This document shows positions 1-8,202 of a DNA stretch of 33,156 bases, piece after piece (position 1 is the stretch's first letter; each line of letters starts with the position of its first letter). The notes under the pieces were generated by a model. That model searched no databases, was not told where the DNA came from, and saw only the letters and a program-made list of their open reading frames with translations. The translations under genes and the position numbers were made by a program. Origin of the DNA: Pseudomonadota bacterium (GTDB lineage Bacteria > Bdellovibrionota > FAC87 > UBA2466); NCBI GenBank assembly GCA_043718025.1, contig JAYSWN010000085.1, forward strand, positions 1-33,156, given 5' to 3'.

Positions 1-801
1 ACGTTCGCAAATTTCGAGCGCCCCTTCGAGGGGAGTCTCGGTCATCAATAGAATGAACTCTTCGCCGCCGAAACGGGCGACGAGGTCGGTCTTTCGCAAA
101 TTTCCGAAAAAATACTGGGCAATCTTTTTTAAAGCTTCGTCGCCGCGAACGTGCCCTTCCATGTCATTGTATAACTTAAAGTGATCGACATCGATCATCG
201 CCAGGCAGGTGGGTCGCTTGTAGCGACGGGTGCGCTCAAGTTCAGACTGAAAATTTGAAAAGAAAGCTCGGCGGTTTAAAATCTGCGTAAGTGGATCAAT
301 AAGCGCCATTTCTGAGAGACGGCCGTTGGCCTCTCTGAGCTCGGAGGTGCGTTTTTCTACCAGACGTTCTAGCTCGGCGTTTAGCGCGGTAAGCTCCGCC
401 GTTTTTTTCGCCACCGTTCTCAACAGCTCGGCTCGTTCGGCAGCCTGCATCAGAGCCGCCAGCAGTTCGCCAGAATTCCACGGCTTGGTAAGGTAGCGAT
501 AAATTTCGGCGCGGTTGATCGCCGCTAAAATCTCGTCGGCTTCCATAAAACCGGTGATCAAAACCCGGCTCGCGGTGGGCTGCAGTTTCATGGTGGCCGC
601 TAAAAAATCAACGCCGTTCATTTCGGGCATGCGCTGATCGGAAAGCACCACGGAGAACTCTTTTTTTGCGAGGGCCTCTAGCGCCGGCCCCGGATGGGCA
701 AAGGCGGTGACCGCGAACCTTGTTTCTAACAGGCTCTCTAAGGCCGCTAAATTTTCGGAGTCATCGTCCAGCAGCAAAAGGGGGGGGCGGGCGTCTTTCA
801 T
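1..801 (-). CDS. Response-regulator diguanylate cyclase (REC, coiled coil, GGDEF); 3' end runs off the window
   Basis: Not in the ORF track; translated by hand from ATG at 801. REC domain: MKDARPPLLLLDDDSENL...VVLSDQRMPEMNG...YLTKPW. Then a coiled-coil linker and DPLTQILNRR...MIDVDHFKLYND..GH..GD...RKTDLVARFGGEEF, with an intact RxxD I-site and GGEEF active site. Confidence 0.95.
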   Translation of the reverse strand, partial: MKDARPPLLLLDDDSENLAALESLLETRFAVTAFAHPGPALEALAKKEFSVVLSDQRMPEMNGVDFLAATMKLQPTASRVLITGFMEADEILAAINRAEIYRYLTKPWNSGELLAALMQAAERAELLRTVAKKTAELTALNAELERLVEKRTSELREANGRLSEMALIDPLTQILNRRAFFSNFQSELERTRRYKRPTCLAMIDVDHFKLYNDMEGHVRGDEALKKIAQYFFGNLRKTDLVARFGGEEFILLMTETPLEGALEICER

Positions 802-850
802 GGTTGGGGCTGATTCTATTCGTAAAAGAGCAAAAGAGTGAAGGGCGAAA

Positions 851-1765
851 GTGTGTCGCGGTCCAGGAAGGCCGATCTGGACTGTAAACGAAACCTCCGC
901 CCCTCAGGTAGTAACAGTGCAACCGACGGTCCATGATTTTAGGCGCAAAATCGGCTAGAGCACTCTGAGTGCCCGACCAAAGGTTGTATTCTTACTTGCT
1001 GTATACGGACTACCTTTCGAAAGGGCGCTATCTGACCGGTTATTCACAAAAAATGAGCGTATTCCCCGCCGTATACAGTGTGGGCAAGGACGACGCGACT
1101 GTATGGGGCCTGGGCAGCGTTTAGCGTATCGCGTCAATTCTTTAGGTTCTTCATGCCTAGTGGAATGGGGCGGGTCTTGGCGTCTTTGCCCTTGTGTTGC
1201 TCGTGGGGGGGAGGCGGCGCTTCCACCCGGGTGTGGTTCGGGCGTGTAGTGCAAAGCCGGGCGTTGGCGGCGTGACTGGTCTTTACATCACGCGCTTTCC
1301 CTTTTTGTCTTAGGCGCGGCAACCTTTGGCCTGCTTGGTTTTGTCGACGTCCCTCTTCACTCATAGCGAAAGGGTTGCTTCAGCCGCACTGCGTGCGCCA
1401 TAGACGCAATGACGGCGAAATAACACTTTTGAGACACTCTCTCAGGAAACCGCCCACCCGACTCGAAGCCTTGCGCAAAAAAAACCTCGGGCGATGATCT
1501 TAAGACAAGTAAGAGGAACCAGGTGAAAGTAGTCGCGGCAAAATAAGCTGCGCCTCCACGATACTGAACTCTGCCCAAGCACCAGGATGAAAAGCTAAAC
1601 CTCACCCTTAAGTGAAACGCCCAATCCCCGCCGCCATTCGTCATGCGGTAGTTTGCCGCCAAGGGAATCTGAAAGGATGGCTTACCGCGTCAGTTTAAAA
1701 GAACCTACTAATTCAGCGATCCATAACGCGGTTCCCGTAACTTTCTCCCCCATACGGGCGGTCGC
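851..1765 (+). ncRNA. Candidate large structured non-coding RNA of unrecognised family (5' multi-helix domain ~851-1096 plus long branched rod ~1095-1765)
   Basis: No credible ORF in a ~1-kb gap. More than 15 hand-verified helices, many with G-U pairs that work only on the + strand, e.g. 858-866/877-885, 916-924/982-990, 999-1008/1069-1078, 1099-1108/1748-1757, 1143-1151/1699-1707, 1163-1174/1627-1639, 1304-1314/1499-1509. A GAAA-capped hairpin at 1667-1678. Boundaries approximate; expression not shown. Confidence 0.65.
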
Positions 1766-1767
1766 AA

Positions 1768-1796
1768 TTGAGGGGATAAAAGGGTAAAAATAGAGT
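1768..1796 (+). promoter_or_regulatory. Possible sigma70-type promoter for the dacB operon
   Basis: TTGAGG (1768-1773), 17-nt spacer, TAGAGT (1791-1796). It lies almost on the annotated ATG (1799), so either the promoter or the start codon is uncertain. Confidence 0.25.
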
Positions 1797-1798
1797 TC

Positions 1799-3292
1799 AT
1801 GTTTCTTGGTCATAAATCGCAAAATAGAGTCGGTTTTCTTATCGTGGCGACGCTGTTCGTTAACGCGGTGTCTTTCGCGAAGCCCGGTCGTTCCCCTAAG
1901 TCGACGTCATCGTTCTCATCACCTAAGCTGAAAAATGCGATTGAGAGTGCCATTCCTTCCAAGGCCAAGGCGCTTGAGATCGGCGTGATCGCGGTGAGTG
2001 CGCTCAATGGCGATGTCATCTACGAAAAGAATGCGGATGAATTGCGAATTCCTGCTTCGGTTTGCAAAGTTTTTACCGCCTATGCCGCGTTAAAGAAGCT
2101 GAAGCCCACCACCACCTTTAAGACCACCGTGTTTGCCAACGGCCCGATTCGCGATGGAAAGTTGGTTGGTGATCTTTTCATCAAGGGCGGCGGCGACCCC
2201 AGCCTGGTTTCCGAGCGCATGTGGATGTTGGTTAACGAATTGACCCGCTCGGGCATCAAACAGATTACCGGTAATTTAATTGCCGACTCTTCATTTTTTG
2301 ATCAAGAAAAAAATCCGGCGAGCCGTCCCAAATATTTAAAAGACCAGGCCTACAACGCACCCATTGGCGCCCTCTCTTTTAATTTTAATACCACGACAAT
2401 TTTTGTGCGACCCGGAGAGGCGGCGGGGTCACCCCCTACCGTTTACACCGATCCTGAAAATTCTTATATCGACGTGGTGAACCAGGCGACCACCGGTGCC
2501 GCTGGTTCGAGTAATACCATCGTGGTGAGCCGCACCAATTTTGTCGAAGGTGACATCGGCGACACCGTATTGCTACGCGGCTCGATTCCCTCTGATAAAA
2601 AAGAGCTGCGCTTTTACCGCAATATTGTGAACCCCGCTCTGTATACCGCGCACATGTTCAAAACCTTCTGGGAGCAGCGTGGGTTACGCTTTACCGGCCA
2701 CATTGAAGAGGGATTGGTGCCCTCGGCCGCCAAACAAATACTTGAGTTTGATTCTTTGCCGATGTGGCAAATCGTTTGGGGAATGAATAAATTCAGCAAT
2801 AATTTTGTGGCCGACCAAATTCTTAAAAAGGTTGGGGCCGAAGTGAAATCACCCCCGGGTACCATACAAAAAGGTATCGACGCCTTAGCTGATGCATTAG
2901 AGGAGATCGGCATTGCTAAAAAGTCATACCACATAAGCGACGGCAGTGGCCTAACCCGCGACACCAAAGTGACCGCTCGCCAGGTTGTTAAAGTGTTATT
3001 GGCCGCCCAAAAAGATTTTGCCACCGCGCCGGAATTCATTTCGTCGCTTGGCGTTGCTGGGGAAGACGGTACGATTCGTTCCCGTTTCCCTAACTCAAAT
3101 GTGCAAGGGTTACTTCGCGCTAAGACCGGGAGCCTGGACGGTGTGACGTCGCTCGCCGGTTTTGTGCCTTCGGCCGATGGTGAGCTCATTGCTTTTGCAG
3201 TTTTGCTCAACGATCACAAAGTAAAATTTGGTCGTATGTCGGGCTGGGCCGACCAGATTGCGTTGGCCATTAGCCGTTTTTCAAGAAAATAG
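1799..3292 (+). CDS. dacB: D-alanyl-D-alanine carboxypeptidase/endopeptidase (PBP4, peptidase S13)
   Basis: Signal peptide; SxxK (PASVCK), GGGDP, SxN (SNN), DGSGL and KTG motifs. Confidence 0.93.
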   Translation: MFLGHKSQNRVGFLIVATLFVNAVSFAKPGRSPKSTSSFSSPKLKNAIESAIPSKAKALEIGVIAVSALNGDVIYEKNADELRIPASVCKVFTAYAALKKLKPTTTFKTTVFANGPIRDGKLVGDLFIKGGGDPSLVSERMWMLVNELTRSGIKQITGNLIADSSFFDQEKNPASRPKYLKDQAYNAPIGALSFNFNTTTIFVRPGEAAGSPPTVYTDPENSYIDVVNQATTGAAGSSNTIVVSRTNFVEGDIGDTVLLRGSIPSDKKELRFYRNIVNPALYTAHMFKTFWEQRGLRFTGHIEEGLVPSAAKQILEFDSLPMWQIVWGMNKFSNNFVADQILKKVGAEVKSPPGTIQKGIDALADALEEIGIAKKSYHISDGSGLTRDTKVTARQVVKVLLAAQKDFATAPEFISSLGVAGEDGTIRSRFPNSNVQGLLRAKTGSLDGVTSLAGFVPSADGELIAFAVLLNDHKVKFGRMSGWADQIALAISRFSRK

Positions 3293-3317
3293 GCTTCGTC
3301 CTACCTAGGGGGCTGGT

Positions 3318-4658
3318 TTGAATCTTTTCAGTGTGTCGTCTGTTTTTTTATTGGTCGCGGTGAATGCGTTTGCCATCTTGCCGTTGCCCTACCCCCTTGA
3401 CCCGATCGTGCCAGAAAAAATTTCAGACGACGTCAGCGAACCGGTAACCTCGTCGGTTTTCGAAGGGTACCAAGAGCTTTTCGCAAAAGGGCAGCTGCGG
3501 GAAATGGAGCTGCCCTCGTTCGAGGCTCAGCCCGATGCGCTGGGCTACGAGCCGGGGCAGACTTTCGTGGTACCACCCAGTCTGCGCCCGCGCGTGGATT
3601 TTTGGAAGCGAGTTTACGCCGACTACACCACGTTGCAGGCCGTGATTCATGACTCAGATGACCTGGGCGTGGTCTACGGCGTAGCCGACATTGCTTCCGT
3701 TCAGAACGACCCCTCTCTCACCCCGAAAGAGCGGCGCCGCAAGCTCGCCAAGCAGCTCAAGGTCGAAAAAGATAAAGTGATCGATCAACTAAAACAAATC
3801 CACGCGGCAAAGGGCGACCCTTTAAAAACTTCGGCGGAATTGTTTCCTCTGTACCGTCGCTTTGAGAACAGCCAAGAGTCTGATCGGTTTTTGGCCGCCT
3901 CAAAACGAGTTAGGGCGCAAATCGGTCAGCGCGACCGTATCGTACGTGGCTTTCTCTACGGCGGTCGTTACTTTCCGCGCATGATGGAAATCTTTGCCCA
4001 GAAAAAGATACCCAAGGAACTGACTCGCCTGCCGCTGGTCGAATCTGGTTTTGACCTCTCGGCTCGCTCAAAAGTAGGGGCCTCTGGAGTGTGGCAGTTC
4101 ATGCGGGCCACCGGTAAAATGTTTTTGAAAATTGATCAGCATATCGACGAAAGAAATGATCCCATCGCGGCCACCTGGGCCGCCGCTGATTTACTGGGCG
4201 GCAACTTTAATAAACTAGACTCTTGGCCGTTGGCCATCACGGCTTACAATCACGGCGCCGAGGGCATGGCCCGGGCGGTAAAGGAGTTGTCGACCCGTGA
4301 CATCGCGGCGATTATTCGTGGTTACAAAGGAAAAAGTTTTGGCTTCGCGTCTTCAAATTTTTATTCTGAGTTTTTGGCCATTCTCGAAGTGGAAAGAGAC
4401 TACCGTAAATACTTTGGTAAAATGATGGTGGATAGACCGCTCGAGTTCGAAGAGTTTAAAGTGACCCAAGAGATTCAACTCGAAGACTACGCCAAACTTT
4501 GTGATTCATTGCCGGAGGAGCTGGCGATCTTAAACCCCGCACTTACCGATGCGGTATTGCTGGGCACGGTGGCCGTACCCGGCGGATTTTCAATGCGGGT
4601 GCCAAAGGGACGTTCGACCAAATGCGCCGAGCGCGCCCAGAAAGACGGAAAGGCCTAA
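3318..4658 (+). CDS. Secreted lytic murein transglycosylase (SLT domain, MltD-like)
   Basis: Signal peptide; catalytic LPLVES, GASGVWQFM and AYNHG motifs; degenerate LysM-like C-terminus. TTG start. Confidence 0.9.
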   Translation: MNLFSVSSVFLLVAVNAFAILPLPYPLDPIVPEKISDDVSEPVTSSVFEGYQELFAKGQLREMELPSFEAQPDALGYEPGQTFVVPPSLRPRVDFWKRVYADYTTLQAVIHDSDDLGVVYGVADIASVQNDPSLTPKERRRKLAKQLKVEKDKVIDQLKQIHAAKGDPLKTSAELFPLYRRFENSQESDRFLAASKRVRAQIGQRDRIVRGFLYGGRYFPRMMEIFAQKKIPKELTRLPLVESGFDLSARSKVGASGVWQFMRATGKMFLKIDQHIDERNDPIAATWAAADLLGGNFNKLDSWPLAITAYNHGAEGMARAVKELSTRDIAAIIRGYKGKSFGFASSNFYSEFLAILEVERDYRKYFGKMMVDRPLEFEEFKVTQEIQLEDYAKLCDSLPEELAILNPALTDAVLLGTVAVPGGFSMRVPKGRSTKCAERAQKDGKA

Positions 4659-4662
4659 TTAG

Positions 4663-5835
4663 ATGGAGACCGGGCTCGATACGTTTCTTAAAAAAGAGTA
4701 TCGCAAATATCAGAAACAGCGATTGGGAATTCTTTGTCATCAGGCCTCGCTTGATTCCACGCTTCGTCACATTCGCGATCGAGTGGCGAACCCAAAGCTC
4801 AGTCTAAAAGTGGCGTGCCTTATCGGTCCGCAGCACGGGGTGCGGGGTGAAAAGCAAGACAACATGATTGAGTCAGACGACTTTCTCGACCCCTTACTCA
4901 ACGTGCCGGTTTATAGTCTTTACGGAAAAACGCGAATCCCTACCTCCAAGCTACTTTCTGAAATCGATACCTTTGTCGTTGATCTAGTGGACATCGGAAC
5001 GCGCGTTTATACCTTTATCTACACGCTCGCCAATTGCATGCGCGCGGCCAAAGCTAGTGGCAAAAAAGTGGTGGTACTCGACCGTCCTAACCCCATCGGT
5101 GGAATGGCGGTAGAGGGCAATGCGCTAGAAGCCAATTACACATCATTCGTTGGTCAATTTCCGATCGTGATGCGGCACGGGCTTACCATCGGCGAATTGG
5201 CTTTGCTGTTTAATGATCATTTTGGCATCGGCTGCGAACTCGACGTTATCTCGGTTAAAGGGTGGCAGCGCAGTAAGTATCTCGATCAATACGGTGCGCA
5301 GTGGCCAAACCCCTCGCCAAATATTCCAAATCTTACTGGCGCCATTACGTTTCCGGGAATGGTTCTGTTTGAAGGCACCAACGTATCGGAGGGGCGGGGG
5401 ACCACCCGTCCGTTCGAATGGATTGGGGCCCCTTATATTACCGACGCCGACGGGCTTGCCGCCGGCCTAAACGCAATGAAAATGGCGGGCGTGTATTTTA
5501 GACCGATCTATTTTCAGCCCACATTCCACAAGGGCAAAGACCAGGTTTGCGGTGGTGTTCACATTCACGTCACCAATCGCGCCAAGTTCAATGCGTTTCA
5601 AGCGGGCATTCGACTTCTTGCCGCGATTCAGCAGAGGTACCCGGCAGAATTTGCTTGGAAGCGGCCGCCTTACGAGTATGAGTTCGATAAAATGCCGATC
5701 GACTTGATCGTGGGTACCGCTAGGTTTCGCGAGGCAGTGGAGGCGGGCAATAGCCTGGCTGAGTTTGAGAAGACTATCGGCGCCGACGTTTCGAAGTTTA
5801 AAAGCCTTCGTAAACCATTCTTAATGTACAAATAA
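4663..5835 (+). CDS. namZ: Exo-beta-N-acetylmuramidase NamZ family (DUF1343/YbbC)
   Basis: GPQHGVRG, VYSLYG, DIGTRVYTF, LDRPNP, RHGLTIGE and SEGRGTTRPFE motifs. Starts 4 nt after the SLT gene. Confidence 0.9.
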   Translation: METGLDTFLKKEYRKYQKQRLGILCHQASLDSTLRHIRDRVANPKLSLKVACLIGPQHGVRGEKQDNMIESDDFLDPLLNVPVYSLYGKTRIPTSKLLSEIDTFVVDLVDIGTRVYTFIYTLANCMRAAKASGKKVVVLDRPNPIGGMAVEGNALEANYTSFVGQFPIVMRHGLTIGELALLFNDHFGIGCELDVISVKGWQRSKYLDQYGAQWPNPSPNIPNLTGAITFPGMVLFEGTNVSEGRGTTRPFEWIGAPYITDADGLAAGLNAMKMAGVYFRPIYFQPTFHKGKDQVCGGVHIHVTNRAKFNAFQAGIRLLAAIQQRYPAEFAWKRPPYEYEFDKMPIDLIVGTARFREAVEAGNSLAEFEKTIGADVSKFKSLRKPFLMYK

Positions 5836-7575
5836 TTAGGCGGCTTTTTTCTTGGTGGCGCACCAGTCGGCCACCACTTGCAGCAGCGAGTTTGCGGAAA
5901 AAGGCTTTTCTAGTAGCGCCGTGGCGCCGGCGTCTTTGGCGGCACGGGCCCGCTCATCCATTAGGCCACTCATGGCGATGATCGGCACGCCGGGCTCAAG
6001 CCTTTTGATGGCACGAATTGTCGAGGGGCCGTCCATAATCGGCATCATCATGTCACACAACACCGCCGCGATGCGTTCCCGGTTTTGCGCGAAAATGGCG
6101 ATGCCTTCGGTGCCATCTCGGGCGGTGAGCACTTCATATCCATTTTCTTGCAAAGCCTCTTTGGCGATGGCGCAAATATCTTCTTCGTCATCGACCACGA
6201 GTAACAATTGTCCCTGGCCTCGCGGTGGAGTCACTTCGCGATTGGTAGATTCTACGAAATCACTTGGCGCGGCCGGTAGACAGATTTCGAAGCGTGTGCC
6301 TTGATTGGGGTGGCTGTGCACTTTTAGGAAACCATTATGGGACTCTACAATTCCAAGTACCGTCGAAAGCCCAAGTCCGGTACCGCGGCCGGCCTCTTTA
6401 GTGGTGAAGAACGGGTCAAAAATTTTGTCCAAAATTTCGGGCGCAATGCCCGAGCCTGAGTCGGCTACGGTAATTTTTACGTGCGGTCCGGATGCCGCGC
6501 GGTTGTGCTGGCTCGCCTGCATCTCATCAATAACCACATTGTCGGCGGTGATAGTTAAGACACCCTTATCACCCATGGCGTCGCGGGCGTTGATGCATAG
6601 ATTCATCAACACCTGAGAAATTTGCGTTTCATCGCCGCCGATGGGCCAAAGGCCGTTGGGAAATACCATTTTCACCGAAATTGTTTTTGGCAGCGAGTGC
6701 TGAAGAATCTGGTCGGTGTTGGAGAGTAACTTGCCGAGGTCAAAGGTTTGCTTACCCACCACGTTGCCGCCGACGAAGAGCAGAATCTGCTTAACGATGC
6801 TTTTAACCCGCTCGGTGTTCTGCACGATGTGGTCGATAAACACCAGATTTTTTGGGTCATTCGGATTGCGGCGAAGCAACTCGGCCGAGAATACAATGGG
6901 CAACAGGGCATTGTTAACGTCGTGCGCAATGCCGCTGGCCAATGTGCCAATGCTTTGCAGCCGTTCGGATCGTAGCCGTTGCGATTCTGAAGCCCTCTTT
7001 TCGGTAACGTCTTGAGCGATCACCAAAATGACGGGCGGCTTTTCTTCGGTGGGGCGCACCCAGTGAAAGCGGCATAGTAACTTTTTACTTTCTTCGCTTT
7101 TTCGATCCACGCTGGTGACCACAAGCTCGATCTCTACCTCCCAATCGCCGTGCCCCTTTAGCTCTTTGGTGATCTGATCGGGATTTAAATCGGTGGTACG
7201 ACCTAATGCACTCCACGCGTCTTTTAATTTTTCGGGGTCTGAGTTCCAGCCGAACCAGCGTGCGGAGGTTTGATTAAAGAGATTTACATTACCCTCGGGC
7301 GACATCGTAAAGATGGCGTCGGGGTACATGTCGAGCAATAGGCTTTGCTCTTCGGTGCGGTCGCGTAAAACGGTGAGCAGCGTTTGCTGTCTTTTCATCT
7401 TGCGGCGGTTTTTGTGTTCAAGCGAAAAGGTGAGGAAGGCGCAGGTGAGCGAACACACAAAAAGAATCATCAAGCTTGGATGTGATTGGAGTAACCGCGT
7501 CGAACTTGGCACCAATAAAAAGAGCAATGAGGGAACCAGGGCGGCCACCAAGCTCGGCAACAGCCGATCGCGCAT
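5836..7575 (-). CDS. Membrane hybrid sensor histidine kinase (2 TM, PAS, HisKA, HATPase, REC; CckA-like)
   Basis: H-box GIAHDVNN, N-box [11 protein letters not shown]1 DSGSG, F/G2 [23 protein letters not shown]...DMMMP...KP. ATG 7575 is preferred over the track's 7707 because the hydrophobic segment starts there. Stop codon abuts the namZ stop. Confidence 0.93.
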   Translation of the reverse strand: MRDRLLPSLVAALVPSLLFLLVPSSTRLLQSHPSLMILFVCSLTCAFLTFSLEHKNRRKMKRQQTLLTVLRDRTEEQSLLLDMYPDAIFTMSPEGNVNLFNQTSARWFGWNSDPEKLKDAWSALGRTTDLNPDQITKELKGHGDWEVEIELVVTSVDRKSEESKKLLCRFHWVRPTEEKPPVILVIAQDVTEKRASESQRLRSERLQSIGTLASGIAHDVNNALLPIVFSAELLRRNPNDPKNLVFIDHIVQNTERVKSIVKQILLFVGGNVVGKQTFDLGKLLSNTDQILQHSLPKTISVKMVFPNGLWPIGGDETQISQVLMNLCINARDAMGDKGVLTITADNVVIDEMQASQHNRAASGPHVKITVADSGSGIAPEILDKIFDPFFTTKEAGRGTGLGLSTVLGIVESHNGFLKVHSHPNQGTRFEICLPAAPSDFVESTNREVTPPRGQGQLLLVVDDEEDICAIAKEALQENGYEVLTARDGTEGIAIFAQNRERIAAVLCDMMMPIMDGPSTIRAIKRLEPGVPIIAMSGLMDERARAAKDAGATALLEKPFSANSLLQVVADWCATKKKAA

Positions 7576-7794
7576 CTCTTCGCTGCGGATGAAGATATAA
7601 AGTTTTTTTTGGAATTTGTTTTTCACGGCTCTGTTTACGCTTATCGGAGGTTTGGGCGCGGGGGATAAGCAAAGAGCCCGCGTAACGACGACAAATGACA
7701 CCGGCAAAAGCCGGGCCTTTGCTGTAATATCTTTTAATTACATTAACTTACCTGTTTCATTTACCATCAAATAACGCTTCGGGTTACAATTGAA

Positions 7795-7824
7795 CTAAGC
7801 CGTAACCGGTTGAATGCCGATAAG
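7795..7824 (+). promoter_or_regulatory. Sigma28 (FliA)-like promoter
   Basis: CTAAGC-N15-GCCGATAAG. GCCGATAA is the consensus FliA -10. The same architecture recurs at 18164-18193. Confidence 0.7.
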
Positions 7825-7885
7825 AATCAGGAGAATCGAGAGATCTCTTGGGCCTAAAGTTTACGGCGATGGGGAAGGGTTAATC

Positions 7886-8197
7886 GTGGTACGTAAGCGT
7901 TCAAAATTAATTTTTATCACGCCTTTTATTTCGGGAATTGTATTTCTCGTTCTCCTCACTTTTATTCACGGCTGCGGAAGAAATTTCGCCGGCAATTGCA
8001 TTGGCGAGTACTGCCTTTCTTCGGTGCCCAGTTTTGATTTGCCCACCCAAGATGACGACGCTTCTAACCCGATTTATCAGGGCGTTAATCCCGAAGGTGG
8101 ACTGATTGGAGACGGCGGCGCTGGTCGCGCGCCAAGAAGAATTTCGTTTGCGGATGAGCAGAAGAATTCTCCCATGCAAGGTGCGCCGGGTGGATAA
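7886..8197 (+). CDS. Small hypothetical protein, probable lipoprotein
   Basis: From GTG 7886, preceded by the purine-rich GGGAAGGG: basic N-terminus, hydrophobic stretch, lipobox-like IHGC. The track's ATG 7814 overlaps the FliA -10 and is unlikely. Ends 5 nt before the next gene. Confidence 0.6.
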   Translation: MVRKRSKLIFITPFISGIVFLVLLTFIHGCGRNFAGNCIGEYCLSSVPSFDLPTQDDDASNPIYQGVNPEGGLIGDGGAGRAPRRISFADEQKNSPMQGAPGG

Positions 8198-8202
8198 AAA
8201 TA

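Noticed and set aside
806..822. GGGGCTGATTCTATTCG resembles the 5' end of tmRNA
   Set aside because: It lacks the GG of GGATTCGAC, and I found no matching T-arm/acceptor 3' end (GGTTCRA...CCACCA) downstream.
823..851. TAAAAG-N15-GGCGAAAG as a FliA promoter for the candidate RNA
   Set aside because: Only 5 of 8 matches at the -10 and a poor -35; too weak to call without TSS data.
905..960. c-di-GMP-II (AGTGCAACCGAC) and c-di-GMP-I (GGCGCAAA) riboswitch fragments
   Set aside because: The upstream GGGCAC pseudoknot partner and the GCAAAC..GAAA stem are missing, so neither can be called. Kept only as a hint in the findings.
851..1000. GTGTG start and GGTTGTATTCTTAC resemble group IIC intron domain I
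   Set aside because: No domain V (AGC/CGC triad hairpin) or domain VI, no RT ORF, and no interrupted gene.
1431..1450. CTCTCAGG glycine-riboswitch-like motif
   Set aside because: No upstream GGAGA or CCGAAG elements and no glycine-related gene downstream.
955..1662. Short ORFs 955-1254, 1078-1275, 1134-1364 and 1357-1662
   Set aside because: They overlap each other, have no convincing RBS or domain, and their composition is explained by the G/U-rich and A/C-rich arms of the fold.
1095..1765. Integrated viroid/Obelisk-like element or MITE as a firm call
   Set aside because: No hammerhead core (CUGANGA) on either strand, no long ORF, and no perfect terminal inverted repeats or target-site duplication seen.
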